A DNA stretch of 64,000 bases from assembly GCA_965221775.1 (NCBI GenBank), contig CBDCSU010000006.1, forward strand, positions 2,176,001-2,240,000, written 5' to 3'. The position numbers and the translations under genes were made by a program. The notes beneath the pieces were generated by a model. It saw only the letters and a program-made list of their open reading frames with translations, had not been told where the DNA came from and made no database searches. The number at the start of each line of letters is the position of its first letter. Position 1 is the first letter of the stretch. This stretch comes from Candidatus Latescibacterota bacterium (lineage in GTDB: Bacteria > Latescibacterota > UBA2968 > UBA8231). Positions 15,247 through 23,040 of this stretch are shown in pieces.

Positions 15247-16221
15247 ATGCTCGCGCGCAGCGCCCAGGGACTCTACTGGATGGGCCGCTACCTCGAGCGG
15301 GCGGAACAGCTCTGCCGTCTGTTGCGGCTGCAGGTGGAGGCCCTGGTGGACCGGCCCGTGGAGGAGATCCACTACGGCTGGAGCCGGATCTACGCCGGCC
15401 TCGGCCGGCTGCCTCCGGGCGGGGACCTCGGCACCGGCGGCAGCGACGACTACGTCCTGGCCGACTCGTACACCCTCGCCGGGGATCTCACTTTCGAGCG
15501 CTCCAACCCCGATTCGGTGCGCCGCTGCTTCGCCCTGGGCCGCGAGAACGCCCGCCAGATGCGCAACTGCATCAGCGCCGAGATGTGGACCTGTCTCAAC
15601 CTCTCGTGGCTGCGCATCCGCGACCTCGGCATCGAGGACATCTGGAAGGTCTCGCCGGAGAGCTTCTACGCCGAGACCACCCGCCAGATCGACACCTTCC
15701 ATGGGGTCGCCGACGCGACCATGTACCGCGACGAGGGCTGGTGCTTCATGCGCATCGGGCGGTTCCTGGAGCGAGCCCAGCTCCTGGCGTCCTTCCTCCT
15801 GGCCCAGCTGGCCGAGCGCGACCAGGGCGGGACCTCCGACACCGGCTGGACGAGTCTGCTGCGCGCCTGCCAGGCCTTCGACACCTACAAGTCCAGCTAC
15901 AGCGTCGAGATCCAGGGGGACCGCGTGCTGGATCTGCTGGTCACCGATCCCCGGCTGCCCGGGTCCCTGTGCCGTTCCCTCGACGCCCTGGCCGCCGAGC
16001 TCGCGGCCACGGGTCCGGGCCCGGGCGCGAAAGCCGGGGCGGCGGCGGACCGGCTCTCCGGCCGGCTGTGCGCCCTGATCCGATACGAATGGCCGGACCG
16101 GGTGGAGCCGGAGGAAAGGGAGGAGCTGCTCTCCCAGGTTGGGGAACACTGCCGAGAACTCCACCAGCTCGTCACCGAGGCGTACATCGATTACGCCGTC
16201 GAGGACTCCCCGGTGCACTGA
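15247..16221 (+). CDS. Alpha-E domain protein (DUF403)
   Basis: MLARSAQGLYWMGRYLERAE, RENARQMR, second GRFLERA motif. Confidence 0.9.
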   Translation: MLARSAQGLYWMGRYLERAEQLCRLLRLQVEALVDRPVEEIHYGWSRIYAGLGRLPPGGDLGTGGSDDYVLADSYTLAGDLTFERSNPDSVRRCFALGRENARQMRNCISAEMWTCLNLSWLRIRDLGIEDIWKVSPESFYAETTRQIDTFHGVADATMYRDEGWCFMRIGRFLERAQLLASFLLAQLAERDQGGTSDTGWTSLLRACQAFDTYKSSYSVEIQGDRVLDLLVTDPRLPGSLCRSLDALAAELAATGPGPGAKAGAAADRLSGRLCALIRYEWPDRVEPEEREELLSQVGEHCRELHQLVTEAYIDYAVEDSPVH

Positions 16222-16225
16222 CGCA

Positions 16226-17209
16226 ATGACCGGAGCCGTCCGCTACGAGATCGAGCACGTCTCCCGCTACAGCTACGACAGCAGCGTGCGCCAGTGCGTG
16301 ATGCTGCTCTGTCTGGAGCCGCTGCAGGACCATCGGCAGCGGCTCCTCGACTTCGAGATCGAGACGAGTCCTGCCGCGTCCCTCAACCGCGAGTCGGACT
16401 GTTTCGGCAACGCCCGCCACCTCCTCGCTCTGCACCGGACGCACCGCGCCCTGGAGATCACCACCCGGGCCGCCGTCGACGCGGTCCCCGCTCCCGGGCT
16501 CCCGGAGCGTCTCGGGACCGGCGCCTGGGAGGAGACCCGCTCGGCGGTGGGTTCCTTCGCAGACTGGAGCTTCACGAGCCCGAGTGACCTTGTGCGGCCC
16601 TCGCCGGGTCTGGAGGCATTCGTCCAGCGGCATGGCATCGAGCCCGGCGGGGACCCCCTCGAGAGCCTGTCGAGGCTCTCGGACACCCTCCATCGCTGCC
16701 TGGAGTACATTCCGGGAAGCACCACGGCCGAGTCTTCGGTGGAGCACATCCTGGAGACCGGGCGCGGCGTCTGCCAGGACTACTCCCACCTCATGATCGC
16801 CATAGCGCGCTCCTGGGGGATCCCCTCCCGCTATGTCTCGGGTTACCTTCGCCAGGCTGCGGGCGACGGCGGACAGGCGCCGGTCAACGCTACCCACGCA
16901 TGGGTCGAGTGCCGGCTGCCCGGGCTCGGCTGGGTGGGCTTCGATCCGACCAACCAGAGCCGCGCCGGCGGCGGGGGGGAGGTGCGGATCGCCACCGGAC
17001 GGGACTACCGGGACGTGTCGCCCACCCGGGGGGTCCTGCGAGGCGGCGGCGGGATGAAGCTGGAGGTGGAGGTTCGGGTGGACGAGTCCGGTGGATCCCC
17101 GCCCCGCGGCACCGGCCACGGGGCCGCGGCGAGCCCCAACGGCTCTGACCGCGAGGTCGGGGTTGACATGCACCGTGGCGCTGCCATGGCGGCAGGCCCG
17201 GCATCGTGA
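16226..17209 (+). CDS. Bacterial transglutaminase-like protein
   Basis: YEIEHVSRYSY N-domain; GVCQDYSH (Cys), THAWVE (His), GFDPTN (Asp), GRDYRDVSP. Confidence 0.92.
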   Translation: MTGAVRYEIEHVSRYSYDSSVRQCVMLLCLEPLQDHRQRLLDFEIETSPAASLNRESDCFGNARHLLALHRTHRALEITTRAAVDAVPAPGLPERLGTGAWEETRSAVGSFADWSFTSPSDLVRPSPGLEAFVQRHGIEPGGDPLESLSRLSDTLHRCLEYIPGSTTAESSVEHILETGRGVCQDYSHLMIAIARSWGIPSRYVSGYLRQAAGDGGQAPVNATHAWVECRLPGLGWVGFDPTNQSRAGGGGEVRIATGRDYRDVSPTRGVLRGGGGMKLEVEVRVDESGGSPPRGTGHGAAASPNGSDREVGVDMHRGAAMAAGPAS

Positions 17210-17226
17210 ACCTGGGAAGAGGAGGC

Positions 17227-17697
17227 ATGGACATGCTCAAACGCATCATCGGCGCGTTCCTGGTGGCCATGGCGGTGGCCGTCGGCGTCCACACGGTCCT
17301 GGAGCCGCTCTACCACGTCTCCGAGGAAGGGCAGCCGTACAGCCCACTCTGGAGAATCCTCAATCCCCTGATGGCGATCGCCATCGCCCTCGGACTGGTA
17401 CTGGGCTACCAGCGCAAGCGGGGCATCGACCGCCAGGGAGACGAGGCCGGCGTGACCCGCGGCTACGTCGCCGCCAACCTCCAGTTCTACGGGTTCCTCT
17501 TCGTGGGCATCCTGTTCTACTGGAACTGGTTCAACCTGCTCATGCCGGCCTGGACCGCGCTCGGCGACGATACGGTCACCCTCGTGTGGATCCTCGTCGA
17601 CGCCATCCTGCCGCTGCTGACCGGTGCCGCGGGGGTCTCCCTGCTGCGCGCGGGACGGGAGGCCGGCCGGCCAGGAGAAGCAGAATCCTCTTCATGA
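17227..17697 (+). CDS. Hypothetical integral membrane protein (~4 TM)
   Basis: GGAGG RBS; four hydrophobic segments; in operon orientation. Confidence 0.7.
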   Translation: MDMLKRIIGAFLVAMAVAVGVHTVLEPLYHVSEEGQPYSPLWRILNPLMAIAIALGLVLGYQRKRGIDRQGDEAGVTRGYVAANLQFYGFLFVGILFYWNWFNLLMPAWTALGDDTVTLVWILVDAILPLLTGAAGVSLLRAGREAGRPGEAESSS

Positions 17698-17770
17698 GGC
17701 GTCTCGCTGCCGTCGTCACTCAGCAGACGTGGCGGCCCATCTATCTCAAGTGAGAGAGGGAGATCAAACC

Positions 17771-19024
17771 ATGCGGAGCCCGATCAGGAAACTTCGATTC
17801 GCCCTGGCCGTCGCCGTGCTGGTCTCGTGCGGCGGCGACGATGAACCGGTGGGCGGTGAGGTGGGCGCCGACGCCGTGGAGATCGGCGCCGGCGAGGCGG
17901 TGCAGATCCGCTCCCTCCTATCCATCACCGGGGCGGCGTCCCTCGGCGGGGCCCTGCGCTTCGGGTGCGAGCTGGCCGTGGCGGACTACGGCAGCGTCCA
18001 CGGTCACCCGGTCGATCTCGGCGAAGCGATGGACGCCATGTGCTCGCCGGAGGGGGGCCGCGCAGGCGCCGAGCAGGTCGCTGCCGACGCCCAGGTGCTG
18101 GGCGTCGTCGGCACCTCCTGCTCGGCGGCGGCGGTGGCCGCGTCGCCGGTGATCAGCGAGGCGGGACTGGTGATGGTCTCGCCGAGCAACACCTCCCCCA
18201 ACCTCACCTCCGATCTGGCCGGCAACGCCAGTTCCGATCACCACGCAGGCTACTTCCGCGTCTCCAACAACGACCTCTACCAGGCCCGGGCGGTGGCCGA
18301 CTTCGCCTACAATGAACTGGGCCTGCGGCGCATGGCCGCCGTCGACGACGGCGACCCGTACACCACGGCCCTGGTGAGCGCCTTCGCCTCGGCCTTCCGC
18401 GCGATTGGCGGAGAGGTTCCCGTCACCTCCACGATCGACAAGGGCGAGACCGACATGACCGCCGTCCTCGACGAATTCGCGGAGGCCGGCCCCGACGGCA
18501 TCTTCTTTCCCCTCTTCGAAGTCGAGGGCACGCCCTTCGCCGAGCAGGCGCGGACCTTCGACGGCCTGGAAGGGGCGACGCTGATCACCGGCGCGGCCCT
18601 CTTCGTCTCGGAGTTCCTCGGGACTCCGCAGTCGGAGGGCATGTACTTTGCGGGGCCGGAGACGGACCTCGGATCGAACGTCAACGAGTCGACGGGGAAG
18701 AGCGCGGGGGAGGTCCTCGCCGCCTTCGAGTCCGCGTACGGCGTCCCGTCTTCTCCCTACTGGGCCCACGCCTACGACGCCACGACGGTGCTGCTCAGCG
18801 CCATCGAATCCGCGGCCGAGGTAGACGGCGGCAGCATGCGCGTGGAGCGGGTGGCCCTGCGGGAGCAGCTCCGAGCGACGCGGGACTTCGGGGGCCTCAT
18901 CGGGACCCTCTCCTGCGACGACTTCGGCGACTGCGGCACCGGGCGAGTCAACATCTACCACCACACCGACCCGGGCGTGACGGACACGGCGAAGCTGCCG
19001 GTGGTCTACCGGTTCTCCCCATGA
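17771..19024 (+). CDS. LivJ/LivK-like periplasmic binding lipoprotein (PBP type 1)
   Basis: Lipobox LVSC; VVGTSCSAAA, MVSPSNTSP, YFRVSNND, AHAYDAT; no ABC permease or ATPase adjacent. Confidence 0.85.
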   Translation: MRSPIRKLRFALAVAVLVSCGGDDEPVGGEVGADAVEIGAGEAVQIRSLLSITGAASLGGALRFGCELAVADYGSVHGHPVDLGEAMDAMCSPEGGRAGAEQVAADAQVLGVVGTSCSAAAVAASPVISEAGLVMVSPSNTSPNLTSDLAGNASSDHHAGYFRVSNNDLYQARAVADFAYNELGLRRMAAVDDGDPYTTALVSAFASAFRAIGGEVPVTSTIDKGETDMTAVLDEFAEAGPDGIFFPLFEVEGTPFAEQARTFDGLEGATLITGAALFVSEFLGTPQSEGMYFAGPETDLGSNVNESTGKSAGEVLAAFESAYGVPSSPYWAHAYDATTVLLSAIESAAEVDGGSMRVERVALREQLRATRDFGGLIGTLSCDDFGDCGTGRVNIYHHTDPGVTDTAKLPVVYRFSP

Positions 19025-19219
19025 GCCGGACTCGCCATCGGCGGCGGTTTCCTCGACTCCGCGGCCGCTGGTGAGCCCACAGGTCCCGGCCCGTTGCGGG
19101 CCGTCCTGACAGGCCGCGCCCATCGGCCCGTCCCGATTTCAGCGCGCCGGCGCAGAGGGCATGGAGCACCAGCCTTTGCCGGGACCAATCGGCGGCTGAG
19201 TTCCGGAGAAGAGGATCAC

Positions 19220-20959
19220 TTGCCGCCACCCCAGGCAAACGAGCAGATCCACCACGACCCGGATGCAAGGTGCCCTCCGCTCCTTGCCATGGCCGTCGGG
19301 TTCCAGGGCATCATGATCGTGCTGGCCCCCACGGTGCTGATCGTGGCCATCACCGTTCGCGCCGCCGGCCACGACGAGAGCACCCTGTCGTGGGCGGTCT
19401 TCGCTGCACTGATCATCACCGGGGCGGCGACGGCCCTCCAGGCCGCCAGGGTCGGAAGGCTGGGCGGCGGCCACCTGCTCATCACCGGCGTCACGCCCAA
19501 CTTCATCGCCCTTTCTGTCCTGGCCCTGGAGGAGGGCGGGCCGAGCCTGCTGGCCAGTCTCGTGGTCGTTTCCTCCCTCTTCTACCTGGCCGTTGCGGCC
19601 TGGCTTCCGCTCCTGCGCCGGATCATCACGCCCGCCGTCTCCGGCACCGTGCTCATTCTGATCGCGGCCATGGTCCTGCCCATCGCTTTCGACCGGCTGA
19701 GCGAGGTGCCGGAGGGCGTGCCCGGGGCCGCGGGTCCGGCCGTTGCCGCGGTGACCCTCTTCGGAACGACGATGCTCATGCTGCGCGCCCCCGGACGCTG
19801 GCGGCCGTGGGCGCTGCTGATCGGGATCGCGGCGGGGTGCGCGGCGGCGGCGCCCTTCGGTCTGTACGACCTGGAGCCTCTGGCGGCGGCCCCCTGGGTC
19901 GGAGTTCCCGCCAGCGGGCTCCCGGAACTGAGCCTGACCCCCACCTCGGGGTTCTGGGCCCTGCTGCCGATGTTCCTGATCGTGGTCCTGGTGCAGGCCA
20001 TCAAGAACATCAGCGACGGCATGGTCGCTCAGCAGGTGGCCCGGCCGCGTCCGCGGGCGACCGATTACCGCCTGATCCAGGGCTCGATCTACGCCAACGG
20101 GGCGGGTATGCTGATGTCGGGCGTGGCCGGGACGCCGCCCACCACCTCCTACTCCTCCCTCACGGCCTCTCTCATCAGCCTCACGGGGGTGTCCGCTCGC
20201 CGCGTCGGCTATGCCATGGGAGGTCTCCTCATGGCGCTGGCCTTCCTGCCCAAGGTCTCCGGGGTGCTCCTGGCCATTCCCAGCCCCGTCATGGGGGGTT
20301 TTCTGCTGATGGCCCTCGGCCTGTTCTTCGTCGAGGGCATACAGACCCTGGCGCGGGCCGGCCTCGACAAGCAGAAGGCCCTCGTGGCGGGGGTGGCGTT
20401 CTCCATCGGCCTGGGCATGCAGCATCAGAGCATCTTCCAGGATCTGCTCGTCGGCCCCTGGGGGGATCTGCTGGGCAACGGCATGACTCTCGGCACGGCG
20501 GCGGTCATCGCTCTCACCGCCTTCGTGGAGCTCACCGGCCCCCGCCGCCGTCGCCTGGAAGTCGGGATGGATGCCGCCGAGCTGCCTCGACTCGACAGCT
20601 TCCTTCGCGAGATGGCCGGCAGGATGGGTTGGGGCGATGCCGCGGACGGAAGGCTGCGCTCCGCCGGGGAGGAGGCCTTCGCCAGCCTGCTGCAACACGA
20701 GCGGGAGCAGGAGTCGCGGGGGGAGGCCCATCGCCTGATCATCTCCGCTCGACCCGATGGCGAGTCCGTGGAGATGGAGTTCCTGGCCGTCTTCGACGAG
20801 GAGAACCTGGAAGACCGGCTGGCCTACCTGGACGAGGAGACCGAGAGCCCGGGGGAGGGGGAGCTATCCTTCCGCCTGCTGCGTCACTATGCGTCCTCGG
20901 TGCGGCACCAGAAGTACCACGGCCTGGACATCGTCACCGTGCGGGTCGAAGGCTCCTAG
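19220..20959 (+). CDS. NCS2 (xanthine/uracil permease-like) transporter fused to a degenerate RsbW-like domain (copy 1; position matches the permease reported beside sup clusters)
   Basis: TTG start after GAAGAGGA; LQAARVGRLGGGHL, RRIITPAVSGTVLILI, LAFLPKV..IPSPVMGG; soluble C-terminal ~138 aa from 20543. Confidence 0.8.
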   Translation: MPPPQANEQIHHDPDARCPPLLAMAVGFQGIMIVLAPTVLIVAITVRAAGHDESTLSWAVFAALIITGAATALQAARVGRLGGGHLLITGVTPNFIALSVLALEEGGPSLLASLVVVSSLFYLAVAAWLPLLRRIITPAVSGTVLILIAAMVLPIAFDRLSEVPEGVPGAAGPAVAAVTLFGTTMLMLRAPGRWRPWALLIGIAAGCAAAAPFGLYDLEPLAAAPWVGVPASGLPELSLTPTSGFWALLPMFLIVVLVQAIKNISDGMVAQQVARPRPRATDYRLIQGSIYANGAGMLMSGVAGTPPTTSYSSLTASLISLTGVSARRVGYAMGGLLMALAFLPKVSGVLLAIPSPVMGGFLLMALGLFFVEGIQTLARAGLDKQKALVAGVAFSIGLGMQHQSIFQDLLVGPWGDLLGNGMTLGTAAVIALTAFVELTGPRRRRLEVGMDAAELPRLDSFLREMAGRMGWGDAADGRLRSAGEEAFASLLQHEREQESRGEAHRLIISARPDGESVEMEFLAVFDEENLEDRLAYLDEETESPGEGELSFRLLRHYASSVRHQKYHGLDIVTVRVEGS

Positions 20960-20977
20960 GGGGACGGCGGACTCAAC

Positions 20978-21889
20978 TCAGACCAGCTTCCTCTGCTCTA
21001 GGAACTCACGCACCACCGCGGCGCATTCCTCGGGCTGCTCGAGCTGCAGAAGGTGGGTCGCCTCGGGGAGGAAGTCGTACTCCACGCTCAGGATACCGCT
21101 GAGGTCCATGGTAGGCAGGTAGGAGTACGGCAGGGTGGGATCGGCGCCGAGGACCTTGATCGGGCCATGGAGCGTCTCGAAGTCCACGAGCACCGCAAAG
21201 GCACGGGCGAACTCCACGACCTGCGCCTCGTACTCGCGCGGACACCGAAGCTCATAGCCGTCTCCGGACGCGGATTCGCGCAACGTCGTCTTGGCCACGA
21301 GATCGAATACGCCGGGCACGGCGCGCTGGAAGATCGGGAGGAAGCCGAGGAGATCGACGAGCTGCTCCCTGGTCTGGAAGCGAGCGCTACGGCGCCGGGT
21401 CAGGGCCGTCGTACGCGCCACCGCCGCATCGAATTGCTCGTAGCTGTCGCCGGGCTTGCACAGGGGCGGATCGAACAGAAAGCACGCCGAGAATTCGCTG
21501 ACCCGGGTGGACGACAGCAGCGTCGTCAGCGCCGAAACCGAATGAAAGACACCGATCTTCGGTTTTTTGCCGAAGTGGCGATCGATGGCTTGAAGGATTC
21601 GGTCGTGATCACTGACGAAGGTCGGCACATTGTGGTTGTCCTGGGAGCTGACGGCATTCCAACCGTGGTTTCTGAGGTCGTAGATGATCAGGTCGAAGTC
21701 GTCGGCCAGGAGGGACCAGAAGGGGTAGTAGAGATCGATGGCGAGTCCGTTGCCGTGGCTCAGAACCAGCCGTGTCCCTTCCGGGTTTCCGTGACGGCGC
21801 AAAGTGATGACGGTGTCGGCGTCCACGGGAACATCCAGGGTGGACAGCGGCTCCGGGATCTCCCACAAGGCTTGTGCAGTCGCGGTCAA
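20978..21889 (-). CDS. supD: Alpha/beta-hydrolase of the sup cluster (SupD-like)
   Basis: LSHGNG, YDLRNHG, FHSVS nucleophile elbow, ATHLLQLEQP; TTG start overlaps the PPTase stop. Confidence 0.75.
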   Translation of the reverse strand: MTATAQALWEIPEPLSTLDVPVDADTVITLRRHGNPEGTRLVLSHGNGLAIDLYYPFWSLLADDFDLIIYDLRNHGWNAVSSQDNHNVPTFVSDHDRILQAIDRHFGKKPKIGVFHSVSALTTLLSSTRVSEFSACFLFDPPLCKPGDSYEQFDAAVARTTALTRRRSARFQTREQLVDLLGFLPIFQRAVPGVFDLVAKTTLRESASGDGYELRCPREYEAQVVEFARAFAVLVDFETLHGPIKVLGADPTLPYSYLPTMDLSGILSVEYDFLPEATHLLQLEQPEECAAVVREFLEQRKLV

Positions 21890-22611
21890 TCCGGCGGCCC
21901 CTCGGGTGACTCGAGTTCGTGGGCAAGGGCGGCGGCGAACAACTCGTTGCCCAGGTCTTCCAGTCGCCATCTGACGTTCGGCAACTGCGGAAATCGAAAG
22001 GTGGCGCACGTCCCGCCCTGACGGAGGACCGGGGGAACCTCGAATCCGGCCATGTCCAGGGATAGGCCCGTCCCAAGGGCCTTGAGGAGCGCTTCCTTCA
22101 TCGTCCAGAGATGGTAGAACTGGTGGAGCTTCCGGCCCTCAACTGCCGTTGCGAGCTCCCCCCGTTCCCCCGGACCGAGGACGCTGCCAATCAGTCCATC
22201 GAGGTCGCCGCGGGGGAGGCGCTCCTCCACATCCACGCCCAGCCGGCCGGCCGGAGCCAGGGCGATCAGTCCATGGCCGCCGCCGTGGCTGACGTTGAAC
22301 TCGATGGCCGCCGGGGTCCCGTCGACGAGGGCAAAGGGCTTCCCGTGACCGGTGGCGGCGAAGGACAGCTGCCGGTTCTCACACCCGAGCTGGCCGCAGA
22401 GGACGGCCCGCAGCGCGGCCCGGCACAAGGCGAACCGGCGCCGAGGGCCCGCAAGCCGGTAGCCCTGCCAACGCGACCGCTCCGGCCCGTCGAGGTATGC
22501 CAGTGCGTCGGCCTCGCGGGCAGTGTGAGGCGAAAGATCGACGTAGGTGACCGCGGCCCTTCCGATGGTCCGGAAGGGACGCCACCAGCGCTCGTCAAGC
22601 GAGCGGGCCAT
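21886..22611 (-). CDS. supC: Sfp-type 4'-phosphopantetheinyl transferase (SupC-like)
   Basis: GHGKP, FNVSHGG, LGVDVE, LWTMKEALLKALGTGL. Confidence 0.88.
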   Translation of the reverse strand: MARSLDERWWRPFRTIGRAAVTYVDLSPHTAREADALAYLDGPERSRWQGYRLAGPRRRFALCRAALRAVLCGQLGCENRQLSFAATGHGKPFALVDGTPAAIEFNVSHGGGHGLIALAPAGRLGVDVEERLPRGDLDGLIGSVLGPGERGELATAVEGRKLHQFYHLWTMKEALLKALGTGLSLDMAGFEVPPVLRQGGTCATFRFPQLPNVRWRLEDLGNELFAAALAHELESPEGPPD

Positions 22612-22630
22612 TGGCCTGGGGCCCCCGTTC

Positions 22631-22685
22631 AAATGAAAACGGCGGCTTCCCGACCGGCCGTGTCGGCCCGCGTGGAAAGCCGCCG
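22631..22685 (-). terminator. Intrinsic terminator downstream of the ACP gene
   Basis: Minus strand CGGCGGCTTTCC...GGAAGCCGCCG stem with inner GGCCG-ACA-CGGCC hairpin, followed directly by TTTTCATTT. Confidence 0.65.
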
Positions 22686-22729
22686 GTGATCCTGGCGGTG
22701 GACGCCCCGGATCGAGGCGATCCGCCAGA

Positions 22730-22966
22730 TCAGGCGTCGAGGAAATCGATCAGTTCCCGGACCGAGTTGATCTTCCCACAGTCTTCGGGAGAAAAGCTGA
22801 CATCGAATTCCTTCGCCACCACCCTCGCGAAGGCAACCAGATCGACGGAGGAAATGCCTGCCGCGAGAAGGCTGGAGTTCAGGTCCTCCGGCAGTTCCAC
22901 AGGTTTTCCGTCAACTTCGAGGTTGTCCTGGATGAGCTTGCGGACGCGATCTTCGGTCGAGGCCAT
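22730..22966 (-). CDS. supB: Free-standing acyl carrier protein (SupB-like)
   Basis: 78 aa, acidic; AGISSVDLVAF (Ppant Ser), EFDVSF, SVRELIDFL; GGAAAGGA RBS. Confidence 0.85.
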   Translation of the reverse strand: MASTEDRVRKLIQDNLEVDGKPVELPEDLNSSLLAAGISSVDLVAFARVVAKEFDVSFSPEDCGKINSVRELIDFLDA

Positions 22967-23010
22967 GTGGGTGATCCTTTCCCAATGAGTGGATGTCCGA
23001 AGGTAGAAAA

Positions 23011-23040
23011 AAGATAGAAGGAGGGGCAGGTCGATTTCAA
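23011..23040 (-). promoter_or_regulatory. Putative internal sigma70 promoter for the ACP gene, overlapping the PKS stop codon
   Basis: TTGAAA (23040-23035), 18-nt spacer, TATCTT (23016-23011) in a locally AT-rich stretch. Confidence 0.45.
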
